DNA from: Microbotryum violaceum
Taxonomy: Eukaryota
Assembly (NCBI GenBank): GCA_001244265.2
Contig: CDLV01000004.1
Location: 2,232,001 to 2,296,000 of the forward strand
Direction: 5' to 3'
DNA length: 64,000 nucleotides
Positions 25,209 through 38,754 of this stretch are shown in pieces. A program made the translations under genes and the position numbers. How positions within the stretch are numbered: the first letter of the stretch is position 1; each line of letters starts with the position of its first letter. The notes under the pieces are model-generated. The model worked only from the letters and a program-made list of their open reading frames with translations, had not been told where the DNA came from and ran no database searches.

Positions 25209-25469
25209 ATCAGGCGCGCCGCACGCGGCGATCCCCTTGTCTTCATGCTGCAACGTGCCATATTCTACGATGCAACTACTGTTACGCTTCTTTCGGAAAC
25301 GAAGCGCCGATAACACGGATGACAAAATACAGCAGTTGGAAAAGCTATCTGGGGCAAGGCTGCAACAAGCAAAGGTCAGTTACTACAGACTTGCCCCAGT
25401 CCTGGCGCCGGGGCTGGAGCTGATGTACGTATATCGAGCTATCCCCTTTCACTAGTCCCTTCCTCAGAC

Positions 25470-27568
25470 GAGACCGCTATGCGGATTCTAATCGATCTCT
25501 GGCATTTCTTTGACCGGATCTATGTGTCCAAAAAACATGGCGCTGCCAAAGCCTTTGCTCGCGCGTTCTCCGATGCGGTTTTCATCCCGAATGCGGATGA
25601 TCGACTCCTGATGGAGGCTCGCCTAGCAAAACTGGAATGACGTGGGAAGAAGCCGTCCGTTCGCCGGTATGGAATAAGAAGCTTTGGAGACGCGTTCGTC
25701 GATGGATCCCTCCGCCAAGCATTCTCGAGCCTTTGGTCCGGGAGGTCTTTGAGAAGTTCGGACCATTTATCGATGCGAAGTCGAAGCAGCCATTTTTCAA
25801 CAAAGCGGCGCACGAGGCAGCGAAGAGATGTCTGGAGGCTATTCGGAAAGGCCAAGTATCGGATCCAGTTGGCATCGAGCTGTACACCGACCTTGGGCCT
25901 TGCGGAGGGCCAGATGGAAAGGCGGATGACGGTGTCCGTTTATATTCCTGCTAGCGCGACACCAACAGTCTCGAAGGAGGCATCCATCGGAACCTTCACC
26001 AACGGTTTCCAAAGTCTGGTGTTTCTCCGTGCCATGTCAATGCGTGCACAGCTGACTATGTGCTAGTGCACAATCTCACGGTCAGTCCAACTCCACCATC
26101 GCAATTCGAAGAAGCGGCAACCATTCTCACCTATTCTCCCTTGTATTCGCAGGTTGGGACGTTCAATCGTACCGGAAAACCATTCGTGGGGCACTACGAC
26201 CTCTGGCTCACTGGAATTACATCGTCTAAGGCGCAAGACCTCGGCATTTCTCCCACGGCACTCAAGCACTGTGTCAGATATGGTCAACCCACTGCTCTAC
26301 ACCCCATCCACCGAATCATTCGGCGTTGTGCCTGTTGTTCAGTCGCCAACAGCGCAAATGCGCTTTTTGATCGAGCCCTATCAAGTCGAGCGCGGGACTC
26401 TGCGTTTGGAGCCCGTCAAGTGGTCGCCACGGAACTTGCTGCAAAACAATACGCCGGCGATACAGCATATGCAAAGCCGGCTGCCAACCGATCTCACTGG
26501 GTGTATGGACATACAATACAGCGAATTGAACGAGCGCTATACAGATATCTCTCAAGCAAGGTACGACTGGGAGCTCCTCAAAATCTTCGGATATTCGAGA
26601 TTACCAACGGACTAGACATTTTTTACAAAGTATGTCGCGTCTGTGTCACATTGAATGGTGATGTCGAGCTGAAGCGCAATTCTCACACAGATGCCAGAGC
26701 ACACTAATACATGGGCATCAAGATGGTCGTCGCTGGCAAATGCTCAAGCCACAATGAACATGGGTGGGAACGACGTCAGAGTGATTCAAGCTTTGCTTAC
26801 CGACCCCTCCCGCGGTCGTGATGTTAGCATGCTAGCGGCTTAGCCATTACTTGGTCACAAACCGCCAGTCTTGGGGAGGCTTACGGAGATAGAAGTCGAT
26901 GCCTCAGATCCGCCAACGTCATCCATCCGCCCCTTTCTTGCAACTGCCTCGAGCGACGCTGGTTCGAGCGCGGACTTGGGCACGAGCAGCGCTTTGACGC
27001 GCGCGGGTACCACAAAAGGGGCAAGGCACTGTCGATTCTGTGGTCAAACTACTTGTCGACTCAAGGGGTCAAAACTAAGCGATGACGGATCGGTGACTGG
27101 GTGTGAAGGGGCGTGCTTGGACTGCGGAAAGCCTTTCGGGCTGACAGACGAGATGGATGCGAACGACCCACAATCACGAAGGTTCTGTAGAGGACTGACA
27201 AGGGTTGAGATGAATGGCCGAGCCTGGCATCAAAAGAAGTGCCACAACTTTGTAGCTGTATAATACCTGCGTAATATGAAGTATGTTGTCAAAATGACTT
27301 GTTCCGTACCACTTCCTCTCTTTCTCCTTTTTCACCTCCCTCCCTCTTCTTCTTTCTCCAAGTTCTTTCTCTTCCCCTCCCTCTTCTCTTTCCCCCCCCC
27401 TTTTTTCCCTTTCCCTCTCCTCTTCTTTTTCTTTCCTCCCCCTCATTTTTTCCTTTTCCTTTTTTTTCTTTTTCTTGTCCTCTCCTCCCCCCACCGCCCC
27501 GACATGGGTACGGGCCCAAAAAAGGGCGTTTTTCCGCATGCGCCTCTGGCTGGGCTTTCGGGGGTCCT
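25470..27568 (+). mobile_element. 5'-truncated DDE-type transposase remnant followed by a right TIR at 27541-27568
   Basis: RILIDLWHFFDRI (D-x2-H), SDP, LYSC*RDTNSLEGGIH (candidate catalytic E, with an in-frame stop) and a C-terminal Cys cluster. The terminal 28 bp are the exact reverse complement of the left TIR at 34295. Superfamily unresolved. Confidence 0.65.
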
Positions 27569-27796
27569 CGTACAATGGGCCTGCTCGAGCGCCCGCTGCT
27601 GGGCGTCCCGCGGCTCGAACCTCCTCTTCGTCCCGCTCCGATTAACAGAATCAGCCCCCCGGCGCGTCATGACAACAATTCAACCGACCTTGGCATTGCA
27701 ACACGTATACGAGCCTGCCGTGCAGCTGTGCAGAACGGACAGCGTCGTCAGCGCGATGGCCAACTCGACGCTGGGCTCGCCCCACCACCACCACCT
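27569..27796 (+). mobile_element. Helitron fragment, inverted copy of ~24130-24355
   Basis: Near-identical reverse complement (same ORF text, MTTIQPTLALQHVYEPAVQLC). Confidence 0.85.
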
Positions 27797-30463
27797 CAGC
27801 AACTAACGTAGAGTGTCCAGTGTCAATCCTACATACTTTGATCCTGTGATATTATTGTCGTCGCTCCGGTGTACACTCCTACGGGGTGTATTACACTTTT
27901 TTTTTCACATTGGTCAAAGACGCACACCGCCACATGCGCCGGCAACACCCCAACGCAACGAACAATAATGAACAACCATGGCGCATGGTAAACAGGCAAA
28001 AGCGGCAACTGCACCAGCGCCAGACCAGCAGAGCGACTCCAGCTCAGATGACGAACCAGCGGTTGTGACGATGCCAAAGGGACTGAAGCTCACCGCGCCC
28101 AAGCTTGCAAACGGCATGCTCACCCTGGCATCGGTCCGAGCGTTCCTGACAGACATGGACAACCTCTTTGTTCGACACAACGTTACGGACATGGGACTCA
28201 AGGTCATGTTTATCTCCAACCATGTGGAACATGACGCGCTCAAAGACTGGCTGGTGTCCTCAACGGAAGAGCGCATGTGGGACGAGTTCAAGGTCGCGAT
28301 GGTCCGCAAGGCGTTACCGCTGGACTTCGCGCTCGACACGGAAAAGGGAATTCGACACTCGAAACAGCGAAACACCGACTATCCCATGTGGGCGGCGGGA
28401 CTTCGTGCTTCCCAGCTCTCCAGCTCAGGCAGGCAGCTTTCAACGACGCGGATTTTATCAAGGTTCTACTGTTCAACATGGATCCTCAGTTGAGTGTGGT
28501 GCTGCGACAAAACGATCTCCTCATTAATACCGGTCTTCACCAAGACGACTTGAACTACGTGGCAGTGTCAAAGGCGGGCCTCTCAAAACCCAAGATGGTC
28601 GCGTATGAAGCCTTTGAGCGATTGGCCAGGTCCCAATGGAACATGAAGGCAGCTATTCGCAATGTGGCAGCGCAGCGACCCCAGATGCTGACAACAACGA
28701 CGAGGACAAATCCCTAACGACCTTCTGTGACCTCGGCGGCCAGTCCTCGACGCGTGCCACACAGGCTCACGGGACCAATGAAAGACTACCTGTCGCAGAA
28801 AGAAGGTTGCTTCAGTTGCCGACGAATTAACACCGATCACCGTTCGAAGGACTGTACGGCCAACTGGCAAGTCGCGCCAGACGTTCCAGAAGGATGGGCC
28901 GAGTTCGAGAAGAAGAAGACGAGCGCGGCCACAAACGAAAGTCTCAACCAAATGGCGGAGCAAACAGAGGACGACTTTGCAACGACAAAGAAGACGAGTA
29001 CGCCCCTCGATTCCTCTCTACTATCCCAATCGCACTCCATAACAACAGGGGTGCAGTGACGTTCCAAGCACTTGCTGACTCCGGGGCCTCTTCCTCCTTC
29101 ATCGCAGATAAGGTGGTTGAGAAACTGGGGTTAGTTGTGCATCGTCTGCCAGTACCTACAACGGTCAGGACTGCAATCAAAGGCCAAAAGAGCGCATTTC
29201 ACATTACCTTGTTTGTGAAAATTCCGATTGCACTGGCAAACAGTGGGACATGGAAAGCCGAAGAGACAATCCTGAAGGTGGCGCAACTGCAGGAGCCCTT
29301 GGAGGTGGTATTGGGTTTCAATTTTCTCGTGAAACACAAGGTCAACATCGACTGCGCGAACCACCGGATTCTTGTGCCACACCCGGACGTGCCGAATGCG
29401 ACGATTGACCTGCGGGCGCCGGTTTTTGGGCCGCCACTACAAATGACCACACCGAGAGGCAAGAAACGTCCCAACAAAGCTCGGATCAACTGGGGTGCTG
29501 TTATCTCCTACATCGACGAATTCCAGCAGAGGGAAGCCGAGTGAGCAGCGTTACAACAGCGGGAAGCCAAACTACGCCGAATTTGCGGATCGGTTTCCCA
29601 CCGACATTCCGCCCGTTGCGACGTATGAATTGCCAGTGCGGCACCGAATTGAACTGAAGACAGGAGCAAAGAAACCGAACTTGAAAGGGTATTGCGCCGC
29701 ACATCATTATTGCGCGGCATGAAAGTGCCTGCTTGACCAGCATGTGGCTGCCGGCCGTCTGCGAAAATTGTCGTCGGAGTTTGCGTCGCCAGCGTTCATC
29801 ATTCCCAAGAAAGGCATGGAGAAGGACAAATCGATATTGCCAAGATGGGTCAACGACTATCGTGCGCTCAACGAAGGGACAGTCCGTGACCGTACACCAT
29901 TACCACTGCCGGACGAAATTCTGGCGTTGTGCTCAAAGGCGCGGTTTTGGGGGAAGATTGACATGACCAACTCCTTCTTCCAGACCAAGATGGCCAAAGA
30001 AGACATTGCGAAGACCGCGGTAGTGACGCCATGGGGGCTGTATGAGTGGACGGTGATGCCTATGGGACTTTGCAATGCGCCGGCAACGCACCAACGGCGG
30101 GTTAGCGAGGCACTTGGTGATCTCATTGGGAAGGTGTGCTTTGTCTACCTTGATGATGTCACCATCTTTTCCGATACTCTGGAGGAACACGAACAGTGGG
30201 TGCGACAAGTCCTGGACGCATTGAGGGAAGCAGACTTGTATGTGTTGCCAAAGAAGACGGAACTGTTTGCCGCCGAGTGATTCTTCCTCGGCCACCAGAT
30301 CACGAGGGACAGCATCAAGGTGGATCCAGAGAAGGTTCAGCGCATTCAGCAGTGGCCACGCCCGACCACTGTGAGGCAACTGCGGGGTTTCTTGGGCTTG
30401 GTGCAGTATCTGCGGAAGTTCAATGACAAGCTGGCGGATTGGACAGCGGTCTTGGTACCGCTG

Positions 30464-30685
30464 TGTAATACACCCCGTAGGAGTGCACACCGGAGCGACA
30501 ATGATGAGATCACAGGACCAAAGTATGTAGGATTGACACTGGACACTCTACGTTAGTTGCTACTATGACAATGCCTTCTGATACACTTGGGCTCACCTGG
30601 ACACTCTACGTTAGTCACTGAGGAGAGACTAAGAGTGCCCAGGCGCGCGTCTCTTCTCCTGAGGGTCAGGTGCACGGGCCTTACA
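30464..30685 (-). mobile_element. Solo LTR of the same gypsy family, inserted antisense into pol
   Basis: TGTAA...TTACA with 5-bp TSD CGCTG (30459-30463 and 30686-30690). Removing it restores VLVP-LTRKG. Confidence 0.95.
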
Positions 30686-31811
30686 CGCTGACGCGAAAAG
30701 GGGCACATGTCAACAACAGCTGGACGGCGGAGCACGAGAAGGCATTTGAAGCAATCAAGGGGTTGGTGGGCAACCTGCCCTCCTTGCATCCCATCGACCA
30801 TTCCAAGCAGGGTGATCCCTTATGGTTGATGACGGACGCAAGCAATCGAGGAATTGGCGCAGCACTGAGTCAGGGCAAGGAGTGGCAGACAGCAATGCCG
30901 GCGGGCTATTGGTCGCAACAGTACAACCTGGCGGAGGGCAACTACGCGGCACACGAGATGGAACTGCTGGCAATTGTGGAGTCCCTCCATCACTGGCGAG
31001 CGGACCTTCTGGGTGTTCACTTCAAGATTCTCACTGATCACCACTCCTTGGCGGGCTTCATGAAGCAGAGCAACCTCTTGCAGCGGCAGGCTCGATGGAC
31101 GGAACGACTGGCCAATTATGACTTTGAGATTGTGTATGTACGGGGCCCAGAGAATACGGTGGCTGATGCATTGAGTCGTTATTCTTTCACGGAGGGCAAC
31201 ACGGCAAACATTCTGGCGGAAGCTACTCTCGACCCGGGGTTCCTCCGCGCACTCAAAGAAGGCTACAAGAACGACCCGCATTGTGTGCAAGCAATCAAAA
31301 ACATCGACTCCACCCCAGGGTATTCATTCAAGGACGGAATAGCACGGTTCGAAGGGTGGATCTTGCTACCAAAAATGGGCAACTTTCGGGAGAACGCAAT
31401 ACACAACGCACACAACGCCACGGGGCACTTCGGACTGCACAAGACGTACGATCACCTCCGCCGCAACTTTATCTGGTCAAGAATGAAGGAGGCGTGCAAA
31501 GAATACATTGAGCCCTGTCCTGTTTGTCAGACAATGAAGAGGCATGGCACCGGTTCTGCCGGTTGGATCCACAACTTGAATGTGCCTGACCGGCCAATGC
31601 GGGAAGTTGGCCTAGACTTTGTCGGGCCACTTATACCTAGCAACGGTAATGACGCACTGCTTACGGTCACAGACCGCCTCTCGGGCTATGTCCGTCTCAT
31701 TCCCTGCCGCACAACGGACGATGCGGCAACAACGGCGGACCGGTTTTTTGACGGATAGCATCGACACTTTGGCATGCCGCGTGTCACGGTGCTCGTCTCG
31801 GATCGTGACAA

Positions 31812-32829
31812 TGTCTGTTCAGCTTTAGCGGTAAGAGTTCCACGCTCATTGTTCAAGCGCGCATCCGTGCATTCTAGTCCTGACTCAGCGTCAGCCAATC
31901 CTAGCCTCTCAGGAGCGCTCAGCGTATTTCCTAGCCTCTCCGGAGCGCTCAGCGTATTCCTAGCCTCTCCGGAGCGCTCAGCGTCCTAGGTCTCTCCGTG
32001 AGTTCCTCAGAGCCCTCAGCCTCTCTGCGAGTGCCTCGCGTCCGCGCCGCTTACCCTCTCCTCGGTTCCGCACCGTCGACACGTTCTGGGACCAGCTCGC
32101 TGCTCCAGCACTGCCACCCTCTGCCAAGGGTCAGTTGGTCCTCCAACATTGGATCCTCATCCAAGCGATCCGTCGCTCACTCAGCAGTCTCCTTCATCAG
32201 AACCTTACAGCAGCCTGCTGCTCTCCAGAAACCCTCGACGCACGCTCGCCTGCCACGCGCTCGAGGTAAGTGTTCAGAATACGCTCAGCTAGTTGCACGA
32301 CGTACTCATAGCTCACTTGCCCTGCAGTAGTTCTCCGCGACCTCTCTGTACGATCTCCACCCTTTCCTGGATCGCCCTAGTTGGGCGCACCAAACTAACG
32401 CATAGCATCCCATAGGCTACCTCCCGCGGAGTCTTCCCGGACGCTTGTTCAAATGTGTTGAACGCCTGCGCTACGCCTCGCAAAGGTATGCTACGCCGTG
32501 CCTCTGTCATAGTTGCCCTGTTACTTATCATCCCCGATCGCTACGCCTCGTAAAGCGATCTCTTGGTCCTTTAAGCTTCCCGCCCACCTTCCCTATTTAC
32601 ACTTTAATGTCTCTTTCTTACTTTGATACTTTTTTTTATTTGATAGACTTCATTAACAGCATAATTATATTAATACCTAGAAATCTTCGGAAAAGTCGGA
32701 GGGAATGCTACATTTCAATAGTGACCGAGTTGTTAGTTACGACACGGTCCCTTTCGGTTTCTCGAGCCCGCTGCAACATGACATCACCTCTCGCTAAAAA
32801 TCACTGTGCAAGCGGCTTTGGAGAGTTGA
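31812..32829 (+). mobile_element. ~1 kb non-coding inserted element, copy B, inside the gypsy integrase
   Basis: Removing it restores GAT CGT GAC AA|G CTC TTC ACA AGC (SDRDKLFTS) with at most a 1-bp duplication. Confidence 0.9.
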
Positions 32830-33945
32830 GCTCTTCACAAGCGACTTCAGGAAAGCGTACACAGGCCGGATGGGTACCAAGCTGGCGATGTCAACGGCAT
32901 TTCACCCACAGACCGATGGGCTGAGCGAGCGGACAAACTGAATGGTGATCCAAGTCCTTCAGACAATGGTCAACCGCAGGCAGAATGACTGGTCCAAGCA
33001 CATAGCAACAGTGGAATTTGTGATCAACTCAAGCTTGAACCGGTCGACAGAAAAGACCCCCTTCAAAGTGGTTCTGGGCTTCACTCCTGAGTTGACCCCA
33101 ATTGTCCCAGCGGAAGGTACAACAGTGTTGCAGGCGGTCGAATCCATTGTGCAGCAACGGGATGCAGCAGTGGCGGAAGCGCGGGACAGCTTGGCAATGG
33201 CAAAGATTTGACAGGCCGAATAGAGCAACGAACTGCGAAAAACGGAGCCAACATTTGCAGTAGGCGACATGGTCTTGGTCGACTCTCATGACCGGCGGTT
33301 ACGGTACAAGGCGGATGGGGAGGTGCGGTCGGCCAAATTCTTCCCCCAATTTGACGGGCCATACGAAGTCCTTGCAGCACGACTGGAAACCTCGAACTAC
33401 AAGCTCAAGCTCAAGGCAGGAGACAAATCGCATAATATCTTTCACGTGTCCAAACTGTGGCGTTGGGTCAAGAATGATGGGAAGGCATTTCCGGGACGGG
33501 AGGCAACGGAGCCACCGGCGGTCATTGTACAAGGGAATGAGGAATGGGAAGTCGAACGGATTGTGGATGAGAAAGGGAAGGGAAAAAGGAAGAAGTTTCT
33601 GGTGAAATGGAAGGGGTGGATGGACAGCGATAACACTTGGAGGAGACAGTAGCTTTGGAGGAGTGGGAGAAGGAGAGCAGGGGTGGGGGGGGACAAGGAT
33701 AGGGAGGGAGGGTTTTAGGAGGGGAGGAGTTTTGGTTTAGGTGGTGGAGAGTGTAAGGCCCGTGCACCTGGGCACTTCTAGTCTCTCCTCAGCGACTAAT
33801 GTAGAGTGTCCAGGTGAGCCCAGGTGGATCAAAGGCATTGTCATATCAGCAACTGACGTAGAGTGTCCAGTGTCAATCCTACATACTTTGATTCTGTGAT
33901 ATTATTGTCGTCGCTCCGGTGTACACTCCTACGGGGTGTATTACA

Positions 33946-34248
33946 GCTGGAGCTGAAGGGCGCGAAGTCCCGATGCCCACGTAGGGTAGTCCATGTTCCG
34001 TTGTTTGGAGTGCCGGATTTGTTTCTCCGTGTCAAATGCGAAGTCCAGAGGTAGTGCCTTGCGGACCATCGCAACCTTAAATTCGTCCCACGTGCGGTCT
34101 TCCGTCGACAATACCAGCCAGTCCTTCAGGTGGTCATGCTCAACATGGTTCTGTATGAACATGATCTTGAACCCCATATCGGAAACGCCATGTCGTATGA
34201 ACAGGTTGTCCATGTCCGTCAGGAAAGCTCGGATTGAGGCCAGGATGA
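33946..34248 (-). mobile_element. Gag fragment of a second, related gypsy copy (apparent insertion target)
   Basis: [45 protein letters not shown] is homologous to 28156-28430. Confidence 0.9.
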
Positions 34249-37234
34249 TGTAAGGCGCCGCTCCGCTTACGCCTCACGACTACCTCGAGCCGACAGGACC
34301 CCCGAAAGCCCAGCCAGAGGCGGCCCGCAAATTTGGACATTTTTGGCTCAAAATGGTTCGAGGCTCACCTCATTTCCCTCCGGTCAAACTTTGAAGCGCA
34401 GACCAGGGTAGCGGGAGGCTGGAGGCGCGGGGCATATATAGCCGGCCCAGCTGCGCGCGGGTAACAGTCGCGCTGTTTGCGATTTGAGCGCGTTGGTAAG
34501 TGCTGCATTTGCGATTAATCATGAGATCCTATTCAAGTCCATTTCAGTTTGACCCGCGCAGCACGCCACCAACTGCGGTCGTGGAACCCAATCACTGGCT
34601 CTATACTCTACAAATGTGTCTACAAAGGTGTTCAAAATGCCTGTGATCATTAATATCAAACCAAACTTTGCTCTCACCTCCGAGGAATTTGCAATCTTGA
34701 GCCCTGTTGCCGACCTACGCCTCGTTGACCTACTCGCGTATGACCTACCTGCGCCCGACGCTTCTCTCCGACTTGCTCTATCGAAAGATGACCCTCGACA
34801 TTTTGACGTGCTGCCACGCCCCTCGAAGCAGTCTATCGGAAAGTTTTCCGATCAAAGCTTTATATCCTTGGCTTATATCTCAATGGCTATCAATCTATCG
34901 TCATATTGGGGTCGTCAATGCGCCTTCCTCTCGATGCCTCGGCGTTATGGGCCCATCTCGACAAGGCAGAAAAAATTCGATATATCATCCACAACATTCA
35001 AGAATGGATTCCTCGATTAGCTAACGCCGACGCGATTCGGGAGCGTGAGCTTGCGAGTGCTCGTCATCACCTCACTCGCATACGTTGGACAGCTGTCGAC
35101 CGCGTCTATCTCCGAGGTCGATCTACACGCCTCCAAGACTTTCTACAGGTCCTCAATGAGTTTGCATCCTCTTCATTCATGAGTCGATCCCGGATACTGA
35201 TGTGTGTAGAATCTTGCGTGTGTCTGCAGGCTCCGCCTGGTACTCCGAAACACATCCGAGTCGACCGTTCGCCAAGGTGTCCCTCCGAACGTGAACGAGG
35301 CTGGTCTGAACCAAGTCCTCGATCGTCTGCGTCTTGTCGGATCGGAGCCATTACCGTGTATTATGCGACGTGAGGAATGCGACGCGCTTCTTTCGGTGAT
35401 TGCGCTTGACATGGACCAGGAAGCTCTGATGTACGTAGCTTGGTGTTTGAGAGCAACAAACGATCACTAACAACCGTATATTGAACCCTCAGCGATGCTG
35501 TTGATGCTGGCTTCGATCAAGCCGATGCAGAAGAAGAAGATCGAGAGTTTCAAACGATCCTGGCCGAAGCATGCCATGAGCATGAGCAATCCGCGAGTGA
35601 GCGCAATTATCGGTTGATCGATGCATTTACCGATACAGACCCGTGTTCCCAACCAGTGGGAAGCGCCCCCGTACCCGCGTGATCTTCTAGAGAAGGGGGC
35701 CCTCTACTCTGTCCCCACACTCGACTTGGACAGCTTGCTCGCTCGACGACGTGCACACCAATGCCGACACCTCGAGAAGATCAAGTTTAAAGGTGGCGCA
35801 CAGAACGTAGCGTCAGATCAACCCTTTGCCCAAAACCGAACCGAGCACCGCGGCAACGTGCGTTCTGCCGCGCTTCGACGGATAGTCGAGACAATGGGAA
35901 TGGACAGGTATCGAGAGTCTGTGGGGAACGAGAGGAACCTTCGCTTCAGGGGCAAATATCCGGGAGAAGACTTTGCACGAGCAAGCGACAACTGCAATCA
36001 TCACCGAGGGACGATCTCACGTTAGTCGCTGATTTGTGATGTATCATGACGCAAGCTGGGGCGTGCCTTTTCTTGCGCTTACATTTGACTCCGACACCAC
36101 AGGACAAAATGAAAGGACAACAAGAGGTCTATGGTCAGATCATGTCAAACCACGTACTCGTCCGAGCTGTTGATGGTGATGTGTCTGCACTCCGTTCTCT
36201 CAAGGTGGACATACTGGTCGTGTATGGAATCCCAGAAGAACCTATGGGTTTGCCTTCGAGTGAACAATGTGGGGAACGACTGGCGATCGGGATAGGTATG
36301 CCAAACTACTACTTGTGTGGGGAAACCTCACATGACTGACTAGCACCGTGACTGCGCATTTTACTTGTCACCTTCCCTGCAGTGAGGAACATTTACAAGA
36401 AGTCAAGCACAACTTATGAAAGTGTTCAAAGTCTTGACTCTCTTGCTCTTTTCGCAAATGCTGTGATACAAGAGCTGCGTGTCATTGCTCCGGGAGTTTA
36501 CTCCAACCTGTCTCATCAGGGCAACACGCGCATTTGTCAAGTCGATGGGCGCTGTATCATAAATTTGCTCAAACCGGACTTGTCAAGCATCAACTACGAG
36601 GTCAAGGATTCCACACAATCTAACTGGCGTGATGAAGGGGAAATTCACATCACCGTCAATCAAGAAAAATGGTATAGGCTTCTGCAGAACGTTAAAGGTA
36701 TTTGAGCAGCATCCCTTGCTTGTCTTGCACCAGGAGGCCGTTCAGACGAAGACAAAGGGCGTCAACAATGATGAAGAATGAAGGTCAGCCTGGCTTATGC
36801 TTGTATGGCGGTAAGCTTTGTCAGAGCTTGGCCCATCAAGCGCGGCAGTGGATCGCGGCGGGGCGGGTGTGGAGCAGAGCTAGCAGAGCGCTGGCGGCGC
36901 TCTTGGTGTGCGCGCGCGCGACCTTTCCGGCCCGCCGGCGGCGGAAACGCAGTCTGCGCGCAGCGCACTTTGTGAGCATTGTAGAGCTTGGAGAGTAGTT
37001 TTCAAAAATTATTCAGCACTAGGCGGCCCTCATATTTGGACATTTTCAGTCAAAATCTGTAATTTTTTTTGGACATTTCGCCTCGAAAAAGGCCGTTTTT
37101 AGAGGGCCGCCTATGGCTGGGCTTTCGGGGGTCCTGAGCCGACCTCTGCGGCCTCACGCTTGCCCTCGCACGCGGCACCGCCGCGTCTCTTGACCTTAGT
37201 CCTTTTAGTAGTCTTTCTTCGCCTGCGAATTACA
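34249..37234 (+). mobile_element. Short (~137 bp) LTR-like unit (34249-34294 + 37144-37234), split by the TIR element and followed by repetitive internal sequence to ~37930
   Basis: TGTAAGGC...GAATTACA termini become contiguous once 34295-37143 is removed. Confidence 0.55.
34295..37135 (+). mobile_element. TIR DNA transposon (2.84 kb) with 32-bp TIRs and an 8-bp TSD, carrying a degenerate unknown gene
   Basis: TIR AGGACCCCCGAAAGCCCAGCCA(G/T)AGGCGGCCC at 34295-34326 and 37104-37135 (1 mismatch). TSD GAGCCGAC at 34287-34294 and 37136-37143. Confidence 0.92.
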
Positions 37235-37929
37235 CCGTTTGATCCTTTCAGTTTGGACTCGGAACCAGTGAGGCTCGAGAGCAATCTTGTGCCTTTCACT
37301 TCTTTTTTGAAACCGAAAACTCAGATGTACGACTCCGTCCCAACCCGACGTTAAACTTCGACCCTCGCAGCCGCCCCTGCAACGCCGCTCAGCAGCTGCA
37401 AAGGAAAAAAATCGAACCCGAACCCGAACCAGGCAGAACCCAGAACCAGAACTCGAACTCGAACTCGATGACGCACGGGGCAGACCAGCTCCGCCGACGC
37501 AAAGGACAAGACGAACAAGAACCAAGACAGGATTTCTTCGAACTCAAACACGGACGAGAACCCCGCAACCCGGCCCCACAGCCACTCCCGCCATCGCCCC
37601 TGCCCAGCCCAGCTCTGCGAAACGGCCTCAAACACCGTTACCGCCCCCCTGCGAGACGGCTTCAACACCGCACCCGCCCCAGATACCGATTGGAACAAGA
37701 CAAGAACCGGACGAGATCAGACCCGAATTGATCCGAACCGAACAAGAACAGACTCCTGAGCCAAATCGAACAAGAACGTAGCCCGACCTGGACCAGATTG
37801 AACAAGAAAAGGACGCAACAGTTACAAACAAACCCGGAGGACTCTCAAGCGTTTCAGAGACAGACCACAACAAATGATCCCTTGCATCAGAAGCTGGAGG
37901 AGGGAATTGATTCAAGGAGGGGTGACAAC

Positions 37930-38754
<825 letters not shown>

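Larger units (their letters stand above)
27796..33945 (+). mobile_element. Ty3/gypsy chromovirus LTR retrotransposon, degenerate; partial 5' LTR 27796-27895, 3' LTR 33752-33945
   Basis: Gag with CFSC..H..C knuckle, protease [14 protein letters not shown], RNase [10 protein letters not shown], integrase [15 protein letters not shown] and chromodomain [16 protein letters not shown] purine tract precedes the TGTAA...TTACA LTR. Several stops and frameshifts. Confidence 0.97.

Noticed and set aside
25404-25455. Hairpin plus CTAGT as another Helitron 3' end
   Set aside because: The stem needs G-T pairs and lies ~25 nt from the CTAG, and no 5' end was found; too weak to call.
27174-27811. Phe/Pro- or Lys/Glu-rich ORFs
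   Set aside because: Artefacts of the pyrimidine tract at ~27315-27495.
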